The notes: generated by a model not told the origin, from the sequence alone. A stretch of DNA of 64,000 nucleotides from Octopus sinensis (GCF_006345805.1 NC_043013.1:46314001-46378000); one strand, 5' to 3'; positions 1-12,646 are shown, counted from the stretch's first letter. Made by a program: numbers and translations.

Positions 1-375
1 AGCAGATTTGTCATTTGATAATACACAATGTAATTCTTTTAAAGATCATGAAATAGTCAACAGACATCTAATATCTATGATAAAGGAAATTATTTCAATT
101 GTTTTTTGAAAAATACTGCTCAATCTGCTACATTTAATACAACCAATTCCATAAGTCCAGATAAATCTAAAATATTAATTTGGGTATTGAAAAGAAATAT
201 GCAAGAATTTTAATACATACATACATACATACATATATATATGTATGTATGTATATGTGGTTGCAACAATTTAAAAAAAAAAACATTTTAAATTAAAAAT
301 ATGATCGATAGATTTGAGATATTTATAAAGTTAACATTTATAAGCGATCTTTTTTCGACTCTCTTCATATTGTAG

Positions 376-405
376 GCAAGCAAACAACTTTAAGATATTA
401 CAATG
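376..405 (+). CDS. Candidate 30-nt internal exon (phase 1-1, (G)KQTTLRYYN) of the unidentified + strand gene
   Basis: ctctcttcatattgtag|GCAAGC...ACAATG|gtaaat; length divisible by 3; open in phases 1 and 2. Confidence 0.35.
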
Positions 406-605
406 GTAAATTTTTTTAATAATCTGCAGTAATGGAAAATTTACCCCATTTAAATGAAACTTACAAATCTGAAACAAATTCTGATGCAAATACTCAGATT
501 TCTTGGTAATATATTTGACAATTCTTGGAAATGTTGAGAAAGAGAGACCCAACAAGGATTGCGGTAGTGACTAATACTAAAAATAGTGGCAGTATATACT
601 ATTAA

Positions 606-825
606 CCCATTCGTTACCAACCCAGCTGAAACTGGCTTAGGCTCTGAGTACAAATGTCTTGTTTTTGTAAGTTTTGAATTAAAATCTTCCACCAAACCTT
701 AGTCACAATTTATGTTCCTAACACTAGCTGAATGATAACTAAGTTATTTTACTAAATCCTTTGTTATATTTAAAGTAATTGAAAGAAACACAGAGCATCT
801 CAAAATAAATACAGTAACGAAAGGG
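606..825. mobile_element. piggyBac-like MITE, family 1
   Basis: TTAA|CCC...GGG|TTAA, TIR ccc(a/t)ttcgttac/gtaacgaaaggg; homologous copies at 1804, 29229, 46474. Confidence 0.85.
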
Positions 826-1222
826 TTAAGAGACTATATAGTAAAAGGAGTGACAAAATTTTGCCTATTAGTATACAGTCATCAAATTTCTACACCTCAT
901 GTAAACACCCAGGATTAACAGTAAATTAATGAAATGACTATATGACTTATTTATTTCTGTACGAATAAATTTCAATAGGGATGTACGGCTGCTAATATCC
1001 TGTGCTCAGACTTCTTATTATCGTCTTTGTCTGATAAAATCAGGAAGAAACAGATTGTCAAGTGACCTTTCTTTCAACACATTGATACTCATTCTGTGAA
1101 AGAATCACAAAGGAACTTTGAATCTTAAATGAGTGGATTTGAATCAAAAGGTTGCAAAGTAGATAAAGTGAGGATTAAGAGACATAGAAGTGAAAGGTTT
1201 ATACAAAATCCTTCAATATTAG

Positions 1223-1251
<29 letters not shown>

Positions 1252-1253
<2 letters not shown>

Positions 1254-1690
1254 GTGGCAAGCCGGCAGAATCATTTCCGTGCAGGGAAAAATGCTTAGTG
1301 GCGAGCTGGGAGAATCGTTAGCATGCCAGGCGAAATGCTTAGGGGTATTTCGTCTCTGCCATTATGTTCTGAGTTCAAATTCCGCCGAGGTTGACTTTGC
1401 CTTTCATCCTTTCGAGGTCGATAAATTAAGTACCAGTTATGCACTGGGGTCGATGTAATCGACTTAATCCGTTTGTCTGTCCTTGTTTGTCCCCTCTGTG
1501 TTTAGCCCCTTGTGGGCAGTAAAGAAATAGGTATTTCGTTTGCCGCTACGTTCTGAGTTCAAATTCCGCCGAGGTCGACTTTGTCTTTCACCTTTTTGGA
1601 GTTTTGATGAATAAGGTCACTGGGGTCAATGTAACTGACTTACCCCCGTCCCCTGAAATTGCTGGCCTTGTACCAAAATTTGAAACCAAT
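1252..1690 (+). mobile_element. tRNA-derived SINE family A, head-to-tail dimer
   Basis: B-box-like gttctgagttcaaattcc; conserved core gactttgcctttcatcctttcggggtcgat..aagtacc (resembles Deu/Nin-type central domains); internal junction at 1521-1537. Confidence 0.85.
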
Positions 1691-1803
1691 ATTACAGACA
1701 CATATATCTGCTAAGTATGTTGCTTGGTAGAGAACAGAATCTTTGTGCTGTATTTCAAGTCCAAATAATTCTGTAGCATAACAAGTGCCATATTGTGGTT
1801 TAA

Positions 1804-2009
1804 CCCTTTTGATACCAACCCGGCTGAAACCGGAACTGGTTTTGTAGTACAAATGTCCTGTTTTCATAAGTTTTGAATAAAAATCTTCCACGCAACCTTA
1901 GTCACACTAGCTTAATGATAACCAAGTTAGTTTACTTAATTCTTTGTTAAATTTAAAATTAATTGAAAGAAACACAGAGCATCTCAAAATAAATACGGTA
2001 ACGAAAGGG
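1804..2009. mobile_element. piggyBac-like MITE, family 1
   Basis: TTAA at both ends; body matches 606-825. Confidence 0.85.
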
Positions 2010-2691
2010 TTAATGGTAAATATTTGCATTTGAAAACATATGACAGAGTTCGGAGAAGGATTCCTCTCATTAGTAACAACAGCTTCACTTTTTCGGCTCG
2101 AGTAAGAAGAACAACAATGTATGACAACAAAACTTAGTAATGAATATTTAATGAGGCAGAACACACCCCACCCTTCAATTTTAATGAGGCTACTTCAACA
2201 GAAGAAGTAGTGAATGCCAATACAAGATACTGAAGAATATAATAGTGACAAAGCTGATGGAACAACAAGGTAAACAAATTACTTGAACGCAAAACAAAAA
2301 TTCAGAAAAATCCTTTTAAATGTGAAATACGAAGATAAACAGAAAAAAGCTTATTATTTTAAGATGTTTAAAAAATCAGTAAGATGCATTTGAAGTGGTC
2401 AAAGAAAGGAGTGTTCTAAGAGAAAATTCACAGTTAATAACAATGAAGACTAAATATCATAACTGAAGAATACATTTCAAGAGGTTGCAAAATAGGTGGT
2501 ATTATTATTATTATTATTAAATATCACCAAGGTGGACTTTGCCATTCATCTTTTCGGGATTGACAGAAAGTAAGCTACCAGATCAGCACAGCGATCAACG
2601 TAATCAATTCCCCCACCCCTGCCACCCCCTCAAAACTGCCGGCCTTGTGCCAAAATTTGAAAACACTATTAATATTATTATTAATATTGGT

Positions 2692-3212
2692 AAGGCGGTG
2701 AGCTGGCAGAATCATTTGCATGTTGGGTGAAATGCTTTGCCTTTCATCCTTTCGGGGTCGATTAAATAAGTACCAGTTACGCACTGGGGTCAATATATTC
2801 GACTTAATCTGTTTGTCCTCTCTGTGTTTAGCCCCTTGTGGGTAGTAAAGAAATAGGTATTTCACCTGTCACTATGTTCTGAGTTCAAATTCTGCCATGG
2901 TCAATTTTGCCTTTCATCCTTTCAGGGTCAATGAAATAAATACCAAATCGACTAGCCCGTCTTCCAAATTTCAGGCCTTGTGGCTATCATAGAAAGGATT
3001 ATTTTTTGTGAGCTGGTGGAACCGTCAGCACACCCAACAAAATGCTTAGCAGCATTTTGTCAGTCTATCTTTTGAGTTCAAATACAGGCAAGGTTAACGT
3101 TACCTTTTGTCTTTTCAGGGTCAATAAAACAAGTACCAGTCAGGTACTGGGATCAATGTAATCAACTAGCCCCCTCCCCTAAAAAATTTCAAGCGTTCTT
3201 ATAATAGAAAGG

Positions 3213-3215
<3 letters not shown>
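2692..3215 (+). mobile_element. SINE family A cluster (dimer plus degraded copy)
   Basis: Same B-box and core motifs repeated; (TAT)n tail. Confidence 0.8.
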
Positions 3216-3256
<41 letters not shown>

Positions 3257-3399
3257 TTCCTTCAAACAAGAATTGAATACATATTGGTGAACATGGACGG
3301 AAGTGTTTCAGTTTAACCCAGGATAGTTTGTTCATGGTTCATGAGATTGCTCAAAGTTTAAAAAAATACTCTTTGAGAATCTCTTACCAATGTTTATAG

Positions 3400-3447
3400 A
3401 TCCTAGTACGACTGCTATCCAGAATGTTCCTGCATCTACCCTCATAG
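3400..3447 (+). CDS. Candidate 48-nt internal exon (phase 1-1, (D)PSTTAIQNVPASTLI)
   Basis: tgtttatag|ATCCTAG...CTCATAG|gtaatt; phase matches exon 3931; a competing minus-strand exon-like reading overlaps it. Confidence 0.35.
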   Translation: MLVRLLSRMFLHLPS

Positions 3448-3930
3448 GTAATTTATCAATGGCTGTATCACTCCCTGGTGTCAGTTACAATTAGGACAAA
3501 AGAGACATTCCCTTAATTGTTTTTACTTCAACAGCTTGGTCAGTGTGCCATGCCTCAGATTATATCACCTCCTTCCTACAACATTACTGTCATTTGGTAT
3601 TGCTGTGTCAATAATTAATACACTGCTGTCATTTTTGTCATGGACAATGATGTCAGGTTTTATTATGTGCTATCTATAGACCATGTGTCAAAGTTCATTT
3701 TCTAACATGGGGGAAGAGTCAGAGAGTGTGCTGCTTGAGATTTAGGTTTTAGCTGTTCAATTTCTCGTGAAATTTTTGCTGCTTTGGATATAAAGGGATT
3801 TGCAAGCTCACCCCCACTTTCTTACGTTTTTTTTTTTTTTTTTTGAAATCATAGTCATCAAAAACACAGAAGCAGGGGCTTCCCATTTACCTCCATATAC
3901 AGCTGTTAGATGTCAAACTTATTTCTGCAG

Positions 3931-4011
3931 TATTTGAAATGGTTTTTAATAGATTTCTCATGATTGTTGACATGTTCAACAATATGCTATGCTTCATTGC
4001 CTGGAGTTGCG
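3931..4011 (+). CDS. Internal exon, 81 nt, phase 1-1: (V)FEMVFNRFLMIVDMFNNMLCFIAWSC; unidentified protein
   Basis: Strong acceptor cttatttctgcag| and donor CG|gtaaga; only one open frame; joins in phase with exon 4478. Confidence 0.65.
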
Positions 4012-4363
4012 GTAAGAGGTAAAAACTACAAAGGGGGTAAAGGCATATATACCCTAAGCGGAAAAAAAAAGTTTGCGAAAAAGCCCCCAATAAACAGAAT
4101 TTAAAAAAAAAACGAAATACACACACATACATATATATTCTATGAATTTATTTGCATCCGTTTTTTTTATTAATATCTTTTTGTGTGTGTATTATACATA
4201 TGTATTGTATAGTAATACGCTTGCCCCACCCTTGTTTTTATGAAACTGTATTTTTATATCCCCTCATGTCCTATAAATCTTTTTTTGTAAAACATTTTGC
4301 ATGCATGAATGGGTCATGCTGGCAAATAAATGGAACATTTCTTTATTTGTTTATTTATTATCA

Positions 4364-4394
<31 letters not shown>

Positions 4395-4477
4395 CATTAT
4401 TGTTATAAAATTTTATATAGATCAGTATGCTTAATCTTCTGACCAGTTTTGATATAAATGTTTTCATTCTACTTCAG

Positions 4478-4575
4478 ATTTCATCAACAGAGATTTGAAT
4501 GCTGCTTTGAATAATGAAATTCCAATTACAGTCAGTCGAAATCCTCATACATCTGCTGGTCCCTGCAATCTCTAA
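4478..4575 (+). CDS. Exon (D)FINRDLNAALNNEIPIT|VSRNPHTSAGPCNL*; terminal (stop 4573-4575) or internal with donor after 4530
   Basis: Strong acceptor ttttcattctacttcag|; only the phase-1 frame is long-open, matching the upstream exon; possible donor ACA|gtcagt at 4531. Confidence 0.6.
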
Positions 4576-4768
4576 TTATCTTAAACAGCATAAACGCATT
4601 TCCATTTATTAAATAATAGTAATTTGTTGTCTGCAACACCTGGTGAATCGTGTCATTTGTAGACTCTGGGAATTGGTGGGATCAAACTTTGCAGCGCCAA
4701 AGGAAGAATTTGCTGTGACACTGTCAAATGTACTAACCTCCAGACACAAATCCCTGTCCTTTGGATAT

Positions 4769-5180
4769 AAAGAAATAGGTATTTCACCTGTCACTACGTT
4801 CTGAGTTCAAATTCTGCCAAGGTCAATTTTGTCTTTCATCCTTTCAGGGTCAATGAAATAAGTACCTATTTCTTTACTACCCACGAGGGGCTAAACACAG
4901 AGAGGACAAACAAGGACAGACAAATGGATTAAATCGATTATATCAACCCCAGTGCGTAACTGGTACTTAATTTATCAACCCCGAAAGGATGAAAGGCAAA
5001 GTCGACCTCGGCACAATTTGAACTAAGAACGTAACGACAGACGAAATACCAATAAGCATTTCGCCCAGCGTGCTAACGTTTCTGCCAGCTCGCCGCCTTC
5101 TTCCAATGAAATAAGTACCAGTTATGTACTGGGGTTGATGTAATCGACTAGCCCGTCCTCCAAATTTCAGGCCAAATTAT
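4769..5180. mobile_element. Older + SINE A interrupted by a young - SINE A (4867-5103)
   Basis: 16-bp duplication caatgaaataagtacc at 4851-4866 and 5104-5119. Confidence 0.85.
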
Positions 5181-5656
5181 TCTAGCTACTTCAGCCTACC
5201 TAATCTGAGAATATGTACCATTCTCACTGGCTAATTCTAATTAAGTAGTTAACAGTAGGAAGAAGAAGAAGAGTAAAATATCTGCGCTTTTATTTCAATG
5301 TAAATTTTTTTCTAAATCCATAAGTTTGTGTATTCTGTTATAACAAAGACGAACAAACATAAAACATTCTTTTTTTTTCTTTTTTTGTGGAAATCAAGAA
5401 ACATAGACAGTAACATTAAAGCCAAACAGTAAGCTACATGCTAAATAAAAATCTTCAACAGTAGATGAAGATAAATCTTTAACTACTGCTTTATGTTTAA
5501 CATCCGGAAAAGAAACAAAATTAAGAGAGTAGACTGCAGACAGAGTATTGGTGTGATGACAGTGAATCAATAATATCAAATCAAACTGCTATCAGTTCAC
5601 ACAAATTGTTTATATACTTCCAACATGTTGTAACTTGCACCTTGTTATTAATATAG

Positions 5657-5685
5657 ACCCACAGGATATAAATTCTTGTTTTAAA
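5657..5685 (+). CDS. Candidate small exon ((D)PQDINSCFK, or DINSCFK from 5665)
   Basis: atatag| or cccacag| acceptors, AAA|gtatga donor, 80-nt intron to the next candidate; ends in phase 0. Confidence 0.3.
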
Positions 5686-5765
5686 GTATGAACTGCCAAG
5701 GAGAATATCTGCGTTCCTTTTTATATTACCTAGAAATAATTGTTGTCTAAGTAATTTATTCTCAG

Positions 5766-5793
5766 ACTCATCTGGCTGACATACAAAAGTTTT
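5766..5793 (+). CDS. Candidate 28-nt exon, phase 0 to 1 (THLADIQKF)
   Basis: atttattctcag|ACTCAT...AAGTTTT|gtaaga; bridges phase 0 to the phase-1 terminal exon. Confidence 0.4.
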
Positions 5794-6276
5794 GTAAGAT
5801 GAAAAAGTCGTGTCGTGTAAGAAGAGACTTTGTCGAAGAAATTTCTCTTTATCTTAATTGTATATATTTTCAAAGTTCTTTTTAACTCGCAAAATATTTC
5901 TAAGGCACTTTAGTAACTTTAAAAGAAAACACTGATAAGTTATAACAAACGAAAAAAAAAAGAAAAGAAAATACAAAAAGAAAAGTTAAGCCGAGTATTT
6001 ATTCAGCCTAAAAACAAAAACAATAATAGCAAACAATAAAAAGTTTCAAATCAGATACATTAAGAGGCTACTGTAACAATTCTTAACACTTTCCATTGAT
6101 GTGATTTTTTTCCACAGAAAATAAAAGCTAAAAATAACCAATGCTATAAGTTATATTGTAGGTATCAATTATTTTGAAATTATGACAAATTATAATTTTC
6201 TTCTAACTACTCCAAAAAGAAAAAATTTACACAACCAAATTTATTCTGAAGCACAAGGTTAGTTACTCTCTATCAG

Positions 6277-6386
6277 TGGTATCTGAAGAGGCTTCTCTCT
6301 CCCTCCGTGCTCTTTTCAAGGTTGATATAATTAATATTGATAAGCAGGATGTGAGAGAAGCTTTCTCTTCTGTATATGATTTGTAA
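6277..6386 (+). CDS. Candidate terminal exon, phase 1: VSEEASLSLRALFKVDIINIDKQDVREAFSSVYDL*
   Basis: Acceptor ttactctctatcag|; 35 codons of natural-looking composition; TAA at 6384-6386 with AATAAA at 6392-6397. Confidence 0.55.
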
Positions 6387-8229
6387 AACCTAATAAAAAA
6401 AGGCTAAAAGCTTCTGCTGCGCTATATATCCAAGAACTAAAGGTAATATTTAATTTGACAAATGAAGACCAGATAAAAAAATAAGTGGGAGGTGGGTATT
6501 ACATGAACAGTAGCAAAATTGTATTCAATGATGATATATTTGCTTCAACAACTAGGGAAGCCAATAATTTCTAATATAAATAATTAGATTAAAAATCCAA
6601 GAAAATCCAACAGAGTTAAGCCCTCTTCAAATACGATGGTCATTTAGCTCAAACTGTATTAAATGAAGAATTGTTTGAAATGCAGATGTATAGAATAAAT
6701 AGTTTTGCATATAATAGTTTTTGAAATAATGTATATAAATATGTAGAATGTGTAAGATAAATATACATTAAAACTGTCTATCTTTCTGTAATGGTTTCAA
6801 GAACTCATTCTTTCTTTATTTTTCACTTATCTATATTATTCATTCTCATGAAATGCTTTTTGCAGGAATATGATAACAGGAATTTTAGTTTAGTTTCTGC
6901 CAGTCATCGAAATCACTCTTAAGCTATCAAAATCAGTTACTATCTAACACAATGGCTTTATGGTTTAGACAAAACTCATTTTTCATTTTGCAGATTCAAT
7001 TTTTTTTCATATTTTATTTTCATAACTGAACACTTAAAAAATCTTTAAATTAGCAGATTCCTTGAAATACTCTATCTAGATAATTTCTTTTCTTTTCCCT
7101 TTTTTTTATTTAATTTTTTTTTTTTTTCTTTTTTGGAAAATAAACCTTCTTTTACTGATACAACGTGAGTAGTGATGAGGATGAGAAGCTGATGTGATGG
7201 TTGGGGTAGTGGTAGGGAAAATGCATCTAGAAATGAAAACAAAAAAAAGCCACCGACATTTTTTGGGGGAAGCTATAGATTTCATTGAACAAAAATATAA
7301 AAAGGACATAGAAAAAATTTTTAAATGAAAAAAAAACATGTTTTTTTAGATTTCCTTTTATCTTGTAGCATGATATAATTGATTCAAAGCAAAATTAAAA
7401 GAAAAAAAAACTAAGTAAATAATAACAAAACAGCATCTTAGGTACATTCTTCCTATTCTTGCCATTTCTTCAAAGATGTATTTGTTAGTTCCCAAACAAA
7501 AAAAAACATAACAATACATACAATTACACATACATATAAATTAACACACCCATGCATACACACACACACACACACACCACACACACAGACACACATATGC
7601 ATATTTGAAAGCCATCTTTCAGGAAATATGCAGGTGGTAAACAATTCAACGAACATTTCCATATATTAGTACATATAAATACTGCAAAAGGAAATATAGA
7701 GTGCATATAAATATGGTTTCAAAAAAATAATATTGCAGAAATCGTGAAAAGTAGACAAATAATATAAAAATATTATACAAAACACACTAAATTTACTCTT
7801 AAGCATTTGTATCACAGTCAAGATATTTTTCATAAAATATGGTTTGAACTTAGCTAGAATCACAATAAGATCTGCAAATTCAAGTTATATAAACAAAGCA
7901 AGCCGAAGAGTCTATGACATAATCTTATTACTATAGAATAATTTAAAATGCATCAGTTACAAGTTCAATAAGAGTCAGGAGTAGGCGATAGGGGTTGATT
8001 GACCCTATTTTGGTGGTATATAACAGTGAAGGAGGTAAAAAAAAAATAATAACATGGGTGAAGTCGAAATTAGAATTTATCAAATGTCTAAGGAATCTTA
8101 AATCACCACACCCTAGTGAAAGTAACCTCCTATGAATTATGTGATGTTGGCATTGATAAAATATTTGCTTTGTTTTTTCAGCATTCAGAAGAAAGCTTTT
8201 AGAGAGAGACCTAAAGTGCATTATCATTA

Positions 8230-9570
8230 TCATTTCTACAGGAGAGGACAGGCAGAACTGTTAGCAAGCTGGACAGAATACTTAGCAGCATTTTGTCCAT
8301 CTGAATATTTTTGAGCTCAAATTCCACTGAGGTCGACTTTGCTCTTATCCTTTCAGGATGGATGAAATCAGTTGAGTCCTGGCGTCAATGGAATCAACTA
8401 TCCCCAAAATCAACCATTCACAAAATTTCAGGCCTTGAGCCTATAGTAGGAAGGATTATTATTATTATCATTATTATTATTATTATCATTATCATCATTA
8501 TCCTCTTCTTTCGATTTTGCTTCCATTTCTTGCCAGGTGTCTTCTCGACACCTAAGGCAAAGAAACTTACTGTATACATTGGTAGGCCATCGAAATAAAC
8601 ACACCAGATAGTTCATTACAAAGTCATGTGATAAAAAAGAGGAAGAAAGACAGAGAGAAAAAAGAAAGAAGAAAAAAAAAGAAAATGAAAATAAAGGGGG
8701 AAAAGGGAAAGAAAATTCATGGCAATGCTATTATTATTATGGTTATTATTATTCCCACCAGGGTCAACTTTGCCTTTCATCATCCCTCTGAGTTTGATAA
8801 AATAAAGTACCAGTCAACCACTAGGGTTGATCATACTGACTAACTCCTTCCCCATATAAAATTGTTGGCTGAGTGCAAAAATCTGAAACCTTCTTTGTTG
8901 TAATTATATTGTTAATAATAATAATAATAATAATGATGATGTGATGATGATGATGATGATGATGATATTTTTTTATATTTTGACTTCAAATTCTGCTAAG
9001 GCTGATATTGCCATACTTCTCCGGGGGTCAATAAAATAAAATACCATTCAAGTACTGAGGTAATTGACATAACCTTTTCCCTGGAAAATGGTCACCTTGC
9101 GCTACTTATTATTATTGTTGTTGTTGTTGTTGTTGCTGTTCTGCTGAATCACTGGGGTTGATGTAATCAACTAGTCCCCTCCCCCAGAATTTCAGGCCTT
9201 GTGCCTATAGTAGAAAGCATTATTATTATCTCGTTGCTATGAAAGACGGTGAGCTGGACAGAATGCTTAGCGGTATTTTGCCCATTGGTACGTTCCAAGT
9301 TCAAATTCCACCAAGGTTGACTTTTGGGGTCAATAAATTAAGTACCAATAAAAGACTGGGGGAATGTAATTGACTAGTCCCCTCCCCCAGAATTTCAGGC
9401 CTTGTGCCTTTAGTAGAAAAGATCATCATCATCACCATCACCACCACCACCACCACCATCATCATCATCATTATTATTATTATTAAGGTGGTGAAGGGGC
9501 AGAATCTCAACAGCATTTTGACCGTCTTAACATTCTGGGTTCATATACTGACAAGGTCATTTATGCCTTT
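8230..9570 (+). mobile_element. Cluster of degraded SINE A copies interspersed with (TAT)n/(GAT)n/(CAT)n
   Basis: Repeated gagttcaaattcc / ctttcatcc / aatttcaggccttgtgcc motifs. Confidence 0.75.
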
Positions 9571-9832
9571 CATTTACTAGAGTGATAAGGAACTGTGAAG
9601 ATGACAATTTAAGCAGCGATTTCCTTATATCCAAAACAAACTGCCAGTATTGATGAACATATAGTAGTTGTGTGGAAGGGCAACAGCAACTGGACTTTAC
9701 CCTTACACTGTATATAACAGTGCTGAGGGTTTGAAACAACAGTATCCTCAATGAAACTGCAATCAGATGAGACATCTTCTTTCGCAACCAACTGAAGTTG
9801 CAACAACTCGTTAATTCACCTGTTATCTCACC

Positions 9833-9868
<36 letters not shown>

Positions 9869-10689
9869 TACAACCATCTACAACTACTGCTTCAAAGAAT
9901 TGTACATAACTCAGATCAACAATTCTCCTCTATTCGCACCTAAGTTTATATCTCGCAATATAATCTAAGACTATTTTTGTAAACACACACACACAGACAC
10001 ATGCATGCACACACACACACACACACACACAGAATCATTACAGAAATGTAAACACAACAGAGTACCACATGTCACATGTGATGTAACAGGCATGAAATTA
10101 CAAACTATAATTCTAACTATATACACCCATATACACACTTATTACTGACAAATTTGAATGGTTTAACCTTTACACAAAGAACTATGTATTTTCTTCCACT
10201 GTTACTATTTTCCTAGATATTTCTCTTTACAAGTTACATTAATTTTATCATATTTTGGACTGAAAGCTTTGGAGCAGAGCTATGCTTAAAAATTATTAGC
10301 AACCAATAATGATTGTGACCATTTCAAAAACAGCAACATTTAGCCCAGATATTATTACAAGATAGAATAAGAGATTATTTTTCCATTTTCAAATCTTAAA
10401 TGAATTCTTCGCGAAAAATAATTTATAATTAACATTACATTTTTTTTTCCAAAATTTCAATAATGGAATATATATATGGAATATATATATATATATATAT
10501 ATATGTGGTGAATATGAAATAATAATTGTGATAAATACATTCAATTAATAACCATACTTACAAAGTTCATACCCTAGTTTTTAATTTCATGCCAATTTAT
10601 TAATATTTCTGAGAGACATGAAAAAAATAATAAAAATGTACTACAAGCATTGTAGAACTACAGATATATATGTATACACACACTCACAA

Positions 10690-10754
<65 letters not shown>

Positions 10755-10874
10755 CAGATTAAAATATTTCATATTGGAAAATTATCTAACAGTCAAAAGG
10801 TTAGGAAGAGGATACAGACAGCTAAACATATTAATCAATGAAAAAAGAACCCTTATCTAAAAGGATGAAAACCC

Positions 10875-10924
<50 letters not shown>

Positions 10925-11740
10925 TAATAATAATAATAATTTCTTTTATTGCTACAAAGGGATGTTACAGGTACAAATTCTTTTTCTTAATATAACTATT
11001 ACTATTATTATTATTACTATTATCATCATCATCATCATCATCATCATCATTACTGTTATTGTTATTTTCTCTAAATTAAATTACATTTTTCAAAATAACA
11101 CTTAAAATTATACAATATAAATGACGAAATAAAATTCGACAGAAAACCTAAGAAATACAAAACAAACAAACAAAAAAAACAATTAATAATAATAATAATA
11201 ATAAATAATAATAATAAAAATCTATGCCCAATCCATAATATGGCAACCTACACAAGATTAAGATTAATGACAATATAGAAATACATTAAAAATTGAGATT
11301 GATTTCATGAAATAAAATGGAAAGAAGAGATTAAAATTAAACAAATATTGATATAAATATATTTTTCTTGTAAAATCTAAAAACAAAATAGCTAAACCAA
11401 AATATAATCTCATTCAATTAATATGAAGAGAAGTTCTTTTTCTTTTTTTTTCTTTTTGTAATGTTTTAAAGTCAAAAATTTTTATGCAGATTTTCTTTGG
11501 AATATCCAAAGTATGATTTATAAGAAATATATTTCCCTAGATCATTGTAATTAGTTTTACTAGCTAACAGAATAATAACAATGTCAACATCAAAATGAGA
11601 ATCAGTGAGGAAAGCGGCGGGGGTGGGGGGGTGAGCGAGAGAGACCGAAAGAAAGAGATAACTGGGAGAGAGAGAGAATAAAAATGAGTAACTTGGTAAA
11701 ATCTGTCCGTTTCTCATATAATGAAGCGGTTAGGAGTTAC

Positions 11741-11779
11741 TTCCCTTTACAAGCTAGTTTACACATATTTTCCAACGAC
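11741..11779 (-). CDS. Possible 39-nt exon (phase 2-2, SLENMCKLACKG)
   Basis: tttaaattag|...GGGAA|gtaact; isolated and unconfirmed. Confidence 0.15.
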
Positions 11780-12483
11780 CTAATTTAAATTTTAAAAGAG
11801 AGGAATATAACAAATAAAAGCGAGAATTAATTCTTCGCCAGGAAACCACCATTCTAATTATGTAGAAAAAAAATCCTTCCCCACACCAAAAAAAAAAACT
11901 ACAAACAATGGGTAAATTACATACTTATTAATGTTCATGTTTCCTCACTAAAATCAAATATTACTTATATATTTTACATATTAACTTGGGTTATATACCT
12001 AAGCAGAAAATGTTTTTTAAGTATATTTCCCAGACATGGAAAAATCTAAATTTTAAAATATATATATAAATCATTCCATAATTAACACTCTGCAAATATT
12101 ATAAATTTTTTTTTTTTTTTTGAGATAGAGAGGACAGCAAATGACCAGTTATAACGACAAACCCAGGTAAAAAATATTTTATGAATTTAATCTTACACTG
12201 ACCACTTTGTTATTCCTACCTGCACCATCCGTGGTGTTTAAAAGTACCAGTGATACGCGGATCTCAATTCAAGCAACTACATTCGTTCCTTGTGATAATT
12301 AGCTTCATCTTAATTCAAAAAGAAATCAATATTTTGTTTTTTTCATATTAAGATGTTCAGAGTATTTTGTCTCAATTAGTTCACTGCCTCATATATTTTT
12401 CATGCTAACTAGAGTAGTTATATGTTGCAATTAAAAATCGTTATATACTGCAATTAAAAATCAAGTAGTGCTAATTTCATTAT

Positions 12484-12537
12484 TTAAGCTGAGGAATTGC
12501 AGAGGTCAGCTTTGCATTAGCAGTGAAATGTGCTTAA
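12484..12537 (+). ncRNA. Weak hammerhead-like motif
   Basis: TTAAG CTGAGGA ATTGC...GCAGT GAAA TGTG CTTAA; lacks a valid NUH cleavage triplet. Confidence 0.35.
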
Positions 12538-12646
12538 TAGAGTTGTCTGCATTGGAGAGATTTTATGCATAGGGTGAGTTCATCAGTCCCTCACGATTTT
12601 CTTCGGGTTGAATGTCAGAAGATGAAACTACACGCACACACACTCA

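Noticed and set aside
1355-1400. tRNA-like B boxes (gttcaaattcc, ggttcagtccc) throughout the window
   Set aside because: They are SINE heads; no full cloverleaf was found.
5735-5785. SECIS-like ATGA...AAA stem on the minus strand
   Set aside because: Helix is only ~7 bp and the 3' GA of the non-Watson-Crick quartet is missing.
9557-9877. Overlapping minus ORFs and a + strand IDEHIVVVWKG motif reminiscent of piggyBac transposase
   Set aside because: No splice support, and similarity is limited to a few residues with stops on both sides.
11614-11635. G-rich tract (possible G-quadruplex), also 23121-23156
   Set aside because: Short isolated G-runs with no supporting context.
12220-12308. Minus-strand exon-like segment MKLIITRNECSCLN*DPRITGTFKHHGWC with in-frame TGA in a CxxU-like context
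   Set aside because: AAG acceptor, no resemblance to known Rdx or thioredoxin-fold selenoproteins after the TGA, no convincing SECIS downstream, and the host gene is unsupported.
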